From positions 27,174 to 91,173 of the forward strand of contig DAORXN010000007.1 in the NCBI GenBank assembly GCA_035358955.1: a DNA stretch of 64,000 nt, written 5' to 3'. Below the pieces are notes generated by a model. The model worked only from the letters and a program-made list of their open reading frames with translations. It was not told where the DNA came from and made no database searches. This DNA comes from Syntrophales bacterium (GTDB lineage: Bacteria; Desulfobacterota; Syntrophia; Syntrophales; UBA8958). Below, one piece after another: positions 8,907 through 18,013 of the stretch. The translations under genes were made by a program, and so were the position numbers. The stretch's first letter is position 1; every line of letters starts with the position of its first letter.

Positions 8907-10516
8907 ATGATAGATCGCACAAAGCGTATAAAGCGCCCCCTGATTCCTCTCGAAGAGGTCCCCCTGCTTAAGGGCAGGCGTCTTGACTTTAGAAGTGTGG
9001 CCGAGATGGTAACTGATCGGGCGACTGAATTTGGGGAAAAGCCCTTGGTTCTTTTTTACGAAGAAGTCATCTCTTATCAAGAAGTGAATGACCGGGCCAA
9101 TCGGGTGGCCAATTTTCTTTCGGCCCAGGGCGTAAAAAAGGGGGATATCGTCTCTGTTATGGTTCTCAATTCCCCGGAGATTTACTACACCTTGTTCGGG
9201 GCTCAGAAATTAGGGGCTATAGGGGGGGCATAAATTACATGCTCAAGGGGCCGGAGATCGCCTATGTGCTCGATGACTCGAAGCCTAAGGTGGTGTTCGT
9301 CGGTAGTGATTACATGACCGAGTTTGCCCGGGGCTTGGGTCTGGCACGGCACAAACCCTTCGTCGTGGAGGTGGAAACGGAAGTGCTTCACGAGGAAAAG
9401 GTAGCCGCTATGACTCTGAATGATATCCTCGAGAATTACCCGACCCAGGAGTGCCTCGTCGAGCAAGATCCGGACGATCCCTTTATGCTCCTCTACTCTT
9501 CGGGCACCACCGGTTTACCGAAAGGGATTCTCCTTTCCAACCGAAATCAAATGGCCATCTGCCGGGGGAAGGCGATGTTTGGGTTGGCCGAGCCGGGCGA
9601 CGTGATTCTCATCATCCTGCCCATGTTCCACGTAAATCCCCTTTGTGTCTGGACTTATCCCACCATCTACTTAGGGCTTACCGTTTGCATAAGAAAAGCT
9701 TTTTCACCCAAGGAATTCTGGTCTGTCCTCACCCGCTATGGGGTAACGACTCTACAGGGCGTGCCGGCCATGTACGCCTATGTTTACAACATTGCCGATC
9801 CGGCGACGATTGAATTCGATAAGTTGAAGTTGCGCCTGGCTTATACGGGGGCGGCCCCCATGCCCGTGGAGCTGATTAGGGGATTCAAGACAAAGTACGG
9901 GGTAGAGGTCATCGACGGATATGGCCTGACGGAGGCTACCGGCGTCTCGACGAGTTGCTCCCTCGTGCCGGAAAATATAGGTTCCATCGGCGTTGCCTTT
10001 CCCGGGTTGGAAGTGGAGATCATGGACAAAGATAACCGCCTTCTGCCCTATGGGGAGAAAGGTGAGATCTGTGTCAAAGGGGAGGCGGTCATGTTGGGTT
10101 ACCTGAACAATCCGGAGGCTACGGCCGAGGCCATTAAAGACGGCTGGCTCCATACGGGTGACATGGGGTGGATGGACGAGCGGGGCTACGTTTATATCTC
10201 CGGCAGAAAAAAGGAGATGATCAATCGAGGGGGAGAAAACATCTACCCGCGGGAGATCGAAATTCCCTTGGAAAAACATCCGGCCATTGAGGAGGTAGCC
10301 GTCATCGGGGCCCCGGATCCGGCCCTAGGGGAGAGGGTTAGGGCCGTAATTCGCCGGCGGGAGGGTTTTGAGCTTACGGCCGAAGAGGTAAAGGCCTATC
10401 TGGCAGATAAGATTGCCAAGTACAAAATCCCGGAATATATAGATTTCGTTCAGGATTTCCCCCGCAATCCCACGGGTAAGATCCTCAAAGAGGAGCTAAA
10501 GAAGCGCTTCTCGTAG
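8907..10516 (+). pseudogene. AMP-dependent acyl-CoA synthetase/ligase split by a frameshift inside a G7 run (pseudogene, assembly error or slippage site)
   Basis: ORF 8907-9233 (108 aa) is a ligase N-terminus. ORF 9239-10516 (425 aa) carries the AMP-binding core (LLYSSGTTGLPKGILLS; TGDMGWMDERGYVYISGRKKEMINRGGENIYPREIE). The frames differ by one nt and meet at GGGGGGG 9222-9228. A -1 shift there reads ..KLGAIGGGINYMLKGPEIAYVLDD.. without interruption. Confidence 0.8.
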
Positions 10517-11347
10517 GCGACCTTTGACGGTGATTGAAAGGCCGTCTCTTGCCGCCAAAGCATTGGGGAAGATGCAGCGGGCCAGGCGTTCGGCTTCCTT
10601 CCTGTGGGCCAGGCTGGGGTACTGAAGGGCATCGAAGTGGAAGAGGACAAGCCTCTTTACTCCCGCTTCTCTGGCAATTTTCGCGGCCGAAAGAGGATTC
10701 AGGTGGGGCCATTTATCGTTCGAAAGGTCGCCCGCATAGGCACATTCCGCACAGAGCAGATCGACATTCCGGGCCAGCGTCACGGCATTTTCGCAGTAGC
10801 CCGTATCGGGCACGTAGGCAATGCTTGCCCCGCTGTCCTCGATGCGATATCCGAGACAAGTCGTCACGTGGGTAAGCTCCCTGGCTTCCACCTGCAAGGG
10901 GTAGAGCTGATGCTCTTCTCCGGGGAGTTCCAAGATGTCCACTTCATAGGGAAGGCTCTCAAGTGGGGCCGTATAAGGACGATTCACCAGGGTATTTAGG
11001 TAATCCTTTGTGCCGGCAGGAATGCCAATCTTAAGCCCCCGAGGGAAGTTGAACTTGTTTAAGACATGCAACCCCACCGTGTGATCGAGATGATAGTGAC
11101 TCAAAAGCAGGACGGCCGGTTTGTCTTCCCCTTCTATGTATCGGTCCAGTTTGGCGAGGCCGTATCCCGCATCGAGGATCACGTGGTGGGAGTTCGTCTT
11201 TATAAGTATGGAGACGGTATTTCCCGTCTTCGTGTCGTACCAGCCGTTGGTGCCAAGAAAGATGACTTTCACTTTTTGCCCTCGCGCCCGTTTTCCCCTT
11301 ATTGTCATGACCAGTGGATAAATGCAACCATATGGCTTAAAAGGCAT
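10496..11347 (-). CDS. MBL-fold metallo-hydrolase
   Basis: 283 aa. HYHLDHTVG (HxHxDH) zinc motif. The true start may be the internal ATG at 11308 (MTIRGK..). The 3' end overlaps the convergent ligase gene by 21 nt. Confidence 0.75.
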   Translation of the reverse strand: MPFKPYGCIYPLVMTIRGKRARGQKVKVIFLGTNGWYDTKTGNTVSILIKTNSHHVILDAGYGLAKLDRYIEGEDKPAVLLLSHYHLDHTVGLHVLNKFNFPRGLKIGIPAGTKDYLNTLVNRPYTAPLESLPYEVDILELPGEEHQLYPLQVEARELTHVTTCLGYRIEDSGASIAYVPDTGYCENAVTLARNVDLLCAECAYAGDLSNDKWPHLNPLSAAKIAREAGVKRLVLFHFDALQYPSLAHRKEAERLARCIFPNALAARDGLSITVKGRLREALL

Positions 11348-11409
11348 TGGAATCAGGTTGACCTAAGAAGCGTTTGAAAGTAGAAATGGCGAAGAAAGGA
11401 GGGAGGGGG

Positions 11410-12177
11410 ATGGAGATCAAAAATCGCACGGCGGTCGTAACGGGAGGGGCTTCCGGTCTCGGCGCGGCAACGGTTGAGGTCCTCGCCCGAGCGGGAGGAA
11501 AGGTCATCATTGCCGACGTCCAGAAGGAACGCGCACTCGAGCTTGCTTCACGCCTAAAGGAAAATGTCGCCTTCGTCTTCATGGATGTGACGGATGGAAA
11601 AAGCGTCTCTCGGGGGCTCGAGGAGGGGGTTACCCTTTTCGGGGGCATTCACTTTCTCGTCAACGCGGCCGGAGCGGGCTGGTCGGAAAGAACGGTCAAA
11701 AAGAACGGCCCTCATAGCCTGGCCGTCTTCGAGCAGGTATTGAAGCTCAACCTGGTGGGCACTTTCAACTGTGCCTCTCAGGCTGCCTTTGTCATGAGCA
11801 AAAACGAGCCCGATGAAAACGGTGAACGGGGGGTCATCGTGAACGTTGCAAGTACCGCTGCCTTCGACGGCCAGATAGGACAGGTGGCCTATGCGGCTTC
11901 CAAAGGTGGGGTGGTGAGTATGACCTTACCCATGGCCCGTGATCTTGCCGGTCTCGGAATTCGCTGCGTTACCATTGCCCCGGGGGTGTTCGACACCCCT
12001 CTTCTGGCCATGCTCCCCGCGGAAATGAAACAGGCCTTGAGTGAGATGGTGCCTTTTCCCAAGAGGTTGGGGGTTCCTTGTGAGTTTGCCATTTTGGTGG
12101 AGCATGTCATTCGTAATCCCTACCTAAACGGTGAGGTGATCCGTCTGGACGGGGCCTTGCGCATGCCGCCTAAATAA
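11410..12177 (+). CDS. Short-chain dehydrogenase/reductase (3-hydroxyacyl-CoA dehydrogenase type II-like)
   Basis: The ATG at 11410 follows GGAGGGAGGGGG. Cofactor motif TGGASGLG and catalytic YAASKGG (YxxxK). Confidence 0.85.
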   Translation: MEIKNRTAVVTGGASGLGAATVEVLARAGGKVIIADVQKERALELASRLKENVAFVFMDVTDGKSVSRGLEEGVTLFGGIHFLVNAAGAGWSERTVKKNGPHSLAVFEQVLKLNLVGTFNCASQAAFVMSKNEPDENGERGVIVNVASTAAFDGQIGQVAYAASKGGVVSMTLPMARDLAGLGIRCVTIAPGVFDTPLLAMLPAEMKQALSEMVPFPKRLGVPCEFAILVEHVIRNPYLNGEVIRLDGALRMPPK

Positions 12178-12188
12178 AGGAGGTTACG

Positions 12189-13475
12189 ATGAGACGAGAA
12201 GTATTCATAGCCGGTGTAGGAATGACAACCATGAAAAAGCAAGGCCCCAGCTACGAGGAGCTCTGTAAAGAGGCCATTCAAGAGGCCATGACTGATGCGG
12301 GCTTAAGTTACGAAACGGGTAAAGGGGCTATAGAGGCCATTTATTACGGTAACTGCACGCAGGGGCTCTTGACGAGTCAACATTCTGTTCGGGGACAGGT
12401 AATATTGAGACGCCTCGGATTTTCAGAAATACCCATCGTAAATGTGGAAAATGCCTGTGCCACGGCTTCTACCGCCCTCCATGAGGCCTATATGCGCATC
12501 ATGGCCGGCATGGCGGATGTAGTTCTGGCGATTGGGGTGGAGAAGATGTTCCCCGACATGGAGAGGATCGACGCTTTCCCCGAGATAAAGGCGGCCTTGC
12601 CGTACCTGGGCTTTGCTTCCTTTTGGATTGCCTGTGAGCAGGACCGGCGGGATAAGTACGTAGAAGCCTGGAGAAGGGAAAAATCTCATCTCCTCGGGAT
12701 ACCCTTCGAGGAGACCACGGTGGGAGGAGATCGGAGCCCCTTTATGGACTATTATGCCGTAAAGGCCCTTTACATGATGAAGAAGTACGGTTACACCCAG
12801 GAAGAGCTGGCCCGGGTCTGCGCAAAAACTCACTTGCACGGCTCCCTTAACCCCAAGGCCCAGTATAGAAAAGCCATGACATGGGAAGAAGTGCTGGCCG
12901 ATAAGCTTATCACCTATCCGTTGACCAGACCCATGTGCTCACCCATGGGTGAAGGAGCAGCCGCGGCCATAGTTTGCTCTCGGGAGTATCTCCTGGGCCA
13001 CCCCGAGGTCAAGGCCCCCGTCCTCATTAGGGCATCTGTCCTCGTCTCCGGTCGGGATCGGGGACCCTACGAAGAAGACATCTCGGCCCGAGGGGCCAGA
13101 CTTGCTTTCCAGAAGTCCGGCTTAAAACCTAAGGATATCCACGTGCTCGAAGTGCACGATGCCACTTCCTTTGGGGAGATATTCCAGACGGCCCAGGCCG
13201 GTTTTGTTCCGCCCGAAGAGGCGGGAAAATTCTGTGCCTCCGGCGCCACATCCCTGACGGGGGAACTACCCACCAACACCAGCGGTGGTCTCGTTTCCCG
13301 GGGTCACCCCGTGGGATGTACGGGGCTTGCCCAGGTCTACGAGGTCGTCACCCAGCTTCGCCATCGGGCGGGGCCGAGGCAAGTGCCCCGGGCCTCTATT
13401 GGCATGTGCTTAAACGGCGGCGGGGTGATCGGGGCAGAAGAGGCATCCCTTTGTGCCCATATCTTTGAGGTTTGA
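12189..13475 (+). CDS. Thiolase-like (SCP-x / lipid-transfer type) acyltransferase
   Basis: 428 aa. VENACATASTAL active-site Cys region, C-terminal NTSGGLVSRGHPVGCTGL. RBS AAGGAGG. Confidence 0.8.
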   Translation: MRREVFIAGVGMTTMKKQGPSYEELCKEAIQEAMTDAGLSYETGKGAIEAIYYGNCTQGLLTSQHSVRGQVILRRLGFSEIPIVNVENACATASTALHEAYMRIMAGMADVVLAIGVEKMFPDMERIDAFPEIKAALPYLGFASFWIACEQDRRDKYVEAWRREKSHLLGIPFEETTVGGDRSPFMDYYAVKALYMMKKYGYTQEELARVCAKTHLHGSLNPKAQYRKAMTWEEVLADKLITYPLTRPMCSPMGEGAAAAIVCSREYLLGHPEVKAPVLIRASVLVSGRDRGPYEEDISARGARLAFQKSGLKPKDIHVLEVHDATSFGEIFQTAQAGFVPPEEAGKFCASGATSLTGELPTNTSGGLVSRGHPVGCTGLAQVYEVVTQLRHRAGPRQVPRASIGMCLNGGGVIGAEEASLCAHIFEV

Positions 13476-13478
13476 GGC

Positions 13479-14639
13479 ATGTCGCTATTAAAGGGCTTGA
13501 AAATACTCGACTTTACGGCGCTTCTGCCGGGTCCTTTTGCGACCCTCTGTCTTTCCGACCTCGGCGCCGAGGTTTTGTGGATCAAGGCCCCTTCTCGGGT
13601 GGACATGGTGGATCTTCTGCCCCCTTTCCTCGAAGAATTGCACATGTCGGCGGCCTCGGCCTACTTAGGGAGGGGGAAACGCATTTTGAGACTCGATCTC
13701 AAGGCCAAAGGGGCAACCGAGGTGATCCATCAGCTCCTGGAAAGTTACGATATCTTGATCGAACAGTTCCGCCCTGGCGTGATGGCACGTCTCGGTCTGG
13801 GCTATGAAGACTTAAAGGAAAGAAATCCCGCCCTCATTTACTGTTCCCTTAGCGGTTACGGTCAAAAAGGGCCGATGAGCAAAAAGGCCGGGCACGATAT
13901 AAATTACCTCGCCCTTTCCGGCCTGATGGACTATTCGGGAAGAAAGGCCACAGGGCCTTCCCTTCTGGGTATGCAGGTGGCCGATCTCGCGGCCGGGGCG
14001 CAGAATGCCGTCATAGGTATCCTGGCCGCCGTGGTGGGTCGCCTTCTGACCGGGAAGGGGTGCTATCTCGATATCGCCATGACCGATGGGCTCATGGCCT
14101 TTCATGCCCTCTCAGGTGCGTCTTTTCTTGCCGGGGGGAAGGAACCGGAAAGGGAGCAGGAAATCTTAAACGGGGGCTCCCTGTACGATTTTTACGAAAC
14201 CCGAGATGGGAAGTATATTAGCGTAGGCTGCTTAGAGCCCCATTTTTTCCGGGAGTTTTGCGAGCGGTTGGGACGGCCCGATTTGGCCCCTGACGGCATC
14301 TTGCCGCCTCATGTGGAGAAGGTAAAGGAGGAGCTAAGGCAGATCTTCCTGACCAAGACCCGCGACGAGTGGATAAATCAATTTGCAGAAAGCGACGCCT
14401 GTGTAGAGCCCGTTCTCACCCTCGAAGAAGCCCTAAGATCAGAGTTGATCCATGCGCGCGGGATGGTCAAGGCGATGAAATTACCCGGTGGCAGAGAAAT
14501 AAAACAGATTGCCTCCCCCTTCCCTATGGCGAGAAAGAAAGCCCTTACGCCGCCGGTAGATGGTACCGTGGAAATTCTCCGCTCCTTGGGGTATGGGGAA
14601 GAGGAGATAGGGGATCTCACGGGGATGCGCTTGACATAG
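13479..14639 (+). CDS. Family III CoA-transferase (CaiB/BaiF / alpha-methylacyl-CoA racemase-like)
   Basis: 386 aa. N-terminal LKGLKILDFTALLPGPFATLCLSDLGAEV and the GxDINYLALSG region typical of family III CoA-transferases. Confidence 0.85.
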   Translation: MSLLKGLKILDFTALLPGPFATLCLSDLGAEVLWIKAPSRVDMVDLLPPFLEELHMSAASAYLGRGKRILRLDLKAKGATEVIHQLLESYDILIEQFRPGVMARLGLGYEDLKERNPALIYCSLSGYGQKGPMSKKAGHDINYLALSGLMDYSGRKATGPSLLGMQVADLAAGAQNAVIGILAAVVGRLLTGKGCYLDIAMTDGLMAFHALSGASFLAGGKEPEREQEILNGGSLYDFYETRDGKYISVGCLEPHFFREFCERLGRPDLAPDGILPPHVEKVKEELRQIFLTKTRDEWINQFAESDACVEPVLTLEEALRSELIHARGMVKAMKLPGGREIKQIASPFPMARKKALTPPVDGTVEILRSLGYGEEEIGDLTGMRLT

Positions 14640-14726
14640 GCTTTTTTGCTCACTATAATTTTCCCGTACCTTTTAGGCGCTTTAAGTGCCGTGACCAAAA
14701 ATGCTCGAAGGAAAGGAGGATTTGAG

Positions 14727-14891
14727 ATGCCCACGTATGAATACGTATGCCTCGGCTGTAATCATGAATTCTCCGTGACCCACAGTATTTCCGAGCATGA
14801 GAAGGCTAAGGTGGCCTGCCCCAAATGTAAGGGCAAGAAGGTAAAGCAGCAGATTTCCGTTTTCCAGGTTAAGACGTCGAAGAAGAGTTAA
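14727..14891 (+). CDS. FmdB-family zinc-ribbon protein
   Basis: The ATG at 14727 follows AAGGAGGA. MPTYEYVCLGCNHEF...CPKCKG is the CxxC...CxxC FmdB-type ribbon. The upstream part of ORF 14646-14891 is probably not translated. Confidence 0.7.
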   Translation: MPTYEYVCLGCNHEFSVTHSISEHEKAKVACPKCKGKKVKQQISVFQVKTSKKS

Positions 14892-14930
14892 CAAGAAAGA
14901 AGCCTTAAGGCAAGCACGGGGAGGCAGAGA

Positions 14931-15794
14931 ATGAATACAGCCAAAGTCAGCGTAGAGAGGGGTCTTTTTAACTATCGTTTTGGGGGAAATGAGGCCGGAT
15001 TTCCGGTGGTTGCCTTGCATGGCTGGCCCGAAAGCTCCTTCTGCTGGGAGGGGGTGGCACGGCATCTGGATAGCCGTTTTCGCCTTATCGCCCCCGATCT
15101 GCGCGGCTTAGGTGATAGCGAGCGCACCTTGGACCCTTCCCTCTACCTAAAGGAAGCCTTGGCCCGGGATATGGTAGAGGTAATCGATGCCTTGGGCATC
15201 GGGGATTTTTTCCTCGTCGGGCATGATTGGGGTGGCATTGTGGCCCAAGAAGTAGCCATAGCCTGTCCGGAGAGGGTAAAAAAGCTCGTCATCATGAATA
15301 TCCCTGTTATCACCAATGCCCGTGGTAATCGAGAAGCGAGGGAGGTCATCAACAGCTGGGGAGGACTACCTCACTGGTACCAGTATTTCCAGCAGCAACC
15401 CGGACTGGCGGAGGCCATGATCAAGGGAAACGAGGAGGTCTGGGTGAGTTACTTCTTCGGTCGGGCGGGCCGCGAGGGAAGGATACCGCGCGAAGCCATC
15501 GATGAGTATGTGCGCTGCTACAAGATCGAGCATACGCCGCAGACGGCCGCTTTTTATTACCGGGCGATGCGTCACGACTATGCCCGATGGGAAATGCTGG
15601 CAGGCAAGAAATTCCCCATGCCCACCCTTTACATCTACGGGGAAAAGGACGTGGTGATTATTCCTCAGTACCTGAACCACCTCGAGGAGGTATTCAATTC
15701 TATCCAGGTCGTGCGTTTCGAGGCCAGCCATTTTGTGCAGGAAGAAGAACCGGAAAAAGTGGCGGCCGCCATGAACGCCTTCTTCCTTTCGTGA
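14931..15794 (+). CDS. Alpha/beta hydrolase (epoxide hydrolase / haloalkane dehalogenase-like)
   Basis: 287 aa. HGWPESSFCW oxyanion region and GHDWGG nucleophile elbow. Confidence 0.85.
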   Translation: MNTAKVSVERGLFNYRFGGNEAGFPVVALHGWPESSFCWEGVARHLDSRFRLIAPDLRGLGDSERTLDPSLYLKEALARDMVEVIDALGIGDFFLVGHDWGGIVAQEVAIACPERVKKLVIMNIPVITNARGNREAREVINSWGGLPHWYQYFQQQPGLAEAMIKGNEEVWVSYFFGRAGREGRIPREAIDEYVRCYKIEHTPQTAAFYYRAMRHDYARWEMLAGKKFPMPTLYIYGEKDVVIIPQYLNHLEEVFNSIQVVRFEASHFVQEEEPEKVAAAMNAFFLS

Positions 15795-15795
15795 A

Positions 15796-16806
15796 TCAGT
15801 AACCGAGAAAGTCCCGGAGGCGTTTTATTTCCCCCATCATCCGTTCGAACCCGGAAAAGTTGAGAGATTGAGCACCGTCGGATAAGGCCTTGTCCGGTTC
15901 CGGGTGTACCTCAACCATGATTCCGTGAGCGCCGGCCACCAGGGCGGCCTTGGCCATGGGCGGCACGAGGGATCGCCGACCGGTGGCATGGGAAGGGTCC
16001 ACGATGATGGGCAAATGAGACAGCTCCTTGATGAGGGGAATGACGGATAGATCGAGGCTGTTTCTCGTGGCCGTTTCAAAGGTCCGAATCCCTCTTTCGC
16101 AGAGAATGACTTGGGGATTCCCTTCCGCGAGTATGTACTCGGCGGCGGCGAGGAATTCCTCGATGGTGGCGCTGAGACCCCTCTTGAGGAGGACGGGTTT
16201 CTTTATCTGTCCCAGTTCTCTTAGGAGATCGAAATTCTGCATGTTCCTTGCCCCGACCTGGAGGCAGTCGGCATAGGAAGCCACGAGCTCCACGTTTTCG
16301 GGGGACATGACCTCCGTTACCACGGGCAATCCGCAGGTTTTACCGGCCTTGGCGAGGAGCTTGAGTCCTTCTTCTTTCAGGCCTTGAAAGGAGTGGGGAC
16401 CTGTGCGGGGTTTGAAAGCCCCGCCTCTGAGAAGGTCGGCCCCGGCCCTCTTTACCGCCTGGGCCGTCTTCATGATCTGCTCGGCACTCTCTACCGCGCA
16501 GGGGCCAGCAATAACGATGGGTTTCTTCCCCTCGCCCAGCTCCACGTTTTCGATCTTCACGATGGTGGGGCGGGGGTGGAAGTCACGGGAGACGAGCTTG
16601 TAGGGTTTGGTTACGTGGATGATCTCTTGAATACCCGGCAGATTGCGAATCGTGCTATCGTCCACGTAGCCTTTGTTGCCCAGGACCCCGATGGCGGTCC
16701 GCTCTGCACCGGGCACCGGCACGGGGGTCAGGCCCATCTTCTCGACGGCAGCGAGGACAGCCCCGATTTGTTTGGGTGTGGCCTGGCGATGCATGACGAT
16801 AAGCAT
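15796..16806 (-). CDS. aroF: 3-deoxy-7-phosphoheptulonate (DAHP) synthase, type I-beta with N-terminal regulatory extension
   Basis: 336 aa. GPCAVES, KPRTGPHSFQGL and DPSHATG motifs. Size and N-terminal ~70-aa extension resemble Thermotoga-type DAHPS. Confidence 0.9.
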   Translation of the reverse strand: MLIVMHRQATPKQIGAVLAAVEKMGLTPVPVPGAERTAIGVLGNKGYVDDSTIRNLPGIQEIIHVTKPYKLVSRDFHPRPTIVKIENVELGEGKKPIVIAGPCAVESAEQIMKTAQAVKRAGADLLRGGAFKPRTGPHSFQGLKEEGLKLLAKAGKTCGLPVVTEVMSPENVELVASYADCLQVGARNMQNFDLLRELGQIKKPVLLKRGLSATIEEFLAAAEYILAEGNPQVILCERGIRTFETATRNSLDLSVIPLIKELSHLPIIVDPSHATGRRSLVPPMAKAALVAGAHGIMVEVHPEPDKALSDGAQSLNFSGFERMMGEIKRLRDFLGY

Positions 16807-16837
16807 TTTTTACCCCCTCCTTTTTAAAGACTTGGTA

Positions 16838-18001
16838 TCATATGACCTGGCTTAGGTGGCATACGGGGATGGAGAGTTTCGAAAGCTGGATCATGCAACC
16901 GGGGCAGCCGGTGATGACCATCTTCGCCCCCGTCGCTTCGATACTCACCTTCTTTCTTGCGAGGATATGCTTGGCCGCTAAAGGGTAGTCCAGATGGAAG
17001 GAACCGGCCCCCCCGCAGCAGACATCGGCCCCTGACATCTCTCTCAAATCTCCGGCTTGGGAGAGAAGTTTTCGCGGTTCCCATTTTATACCCTGCCCCC
17101 GAATGAGATGGCAAGGGTCGTGATAAGTGAAGCTTAGATCCTCTTGTCGGCGGGGGGTGTACCCCATCTTCACGAGGAACTCGGAAAGATCCATTACCCG
17201 TTGAGAAAAAGAGGCCGCCTCTTTTGTCGGGATAAAACGGGCAAGGTGTTTTAAGGTACTCCCGCAGCTTGCGCAATCCGTGACGATGACGTCAAAGTCG
17301 GAAAAGAGGGCCACGTTCTTTTCGCTTAACCTGATGAAGTCTTCCATCAGGCCATGGGCCAGGTGGGGAAGGCCACAACAGAAATTATCCGGTATGGAGA
17401 GGCGTCTTACCGTCGCATGGAGGAGGCTTTTCGTCTTTTCCGCCACGGAAGGAAAAAATAGCCTCATCCCGCACCCTTCGAAATAGGCCACCTTTTCCAC
17501 CCGGAATGATTCATGGCTTGTCTTATTGGTGTGGGATCCCAAAATGATGGGCCCCGCTACGGCTGTTAGATATTCATCGGGCAGGAGACCTAAAGGTAAA
17601 AGGCGGTTTATCTTCAACCGGCGAAGAAGGGAAAGTACGTGTCCCATGCCCTTGATGGAGTTTCTGCTCCCTAAAAAGCGGCCGATGAGCCTGTATTTTC
17701 CCTTTGCCCCTCCCATTTTATCCGTCAGAAACTGCCGGGCATATATTACCGCCTCATCCGTCTGGACTTTGCCCGGGCAGGCATCCACACACGCCCGGCA
17801 CAGAAGACAGTAATCGAGGGCTTTTAAGGCCTCTTCACCCGGTTCTAAAATGGCTGACCCAAGGGCGCGGACGATGGCGTTTTTCCCCCGGGCTGCCGTG
17901 CGCTCTATCCCGTCTGCCTCAAAAAGGGGACAAACGGTCAGACAGGTACCACACCGGTCGCAGGCATTCACGATCTTTTCTGCCTTGTTCAGGAGTTCCA
18001 T
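16838..18001 (-). CDS. (Fe-S)-binding oxidoreductase subunit, GlcF / heterodisulfide-reductase-like (two 4Fe-4S motifs plus CCG domains)
   Basis: 387 aa. CDRCGTCLTVCP and CLLCRACVDACP ferredoxin motifs followed by Cys-rich CCG-type segments (..FCCGLPH.., ..VCCGGAGSF..). Confidence 0.85.
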   Translation of the reverse strand: MELLNKAEKIVNACDRCGTCLTVCPLFEADGIERTAARGKNAIVRALGSAILEPGEEALKALDYCLLCRACVDACPGKVQTDEAVIYARQFLTDKMGGAKGKYRLIGRFLGSRNSIKGMGHVLSLLRRLKINRLLPLGLLPDEYLTAVAGPIILGSHTNKTSHESFRVEKVAYFEGCGMRLFFPSVAEKTKSLLHATVRRLSIPDNFCCGLPHLAHGLMEDFIRLSEKNVALFSDFDVIVTDCASCGSTLKHLARFIPTKEAASFSQRVMDLSEFLVKMGYTPRRQEDLSFTYHDPCHLIRGQGIKWEPRKLLSQAGDLREMSGADVCCGGAGSFHLDYPLAAKHILARKKVSIEATGAKMVITGCPGCMIQLSKLSIPVCHLSQVI

Positions 18002-18013
18002 GACTGGTTGGGT

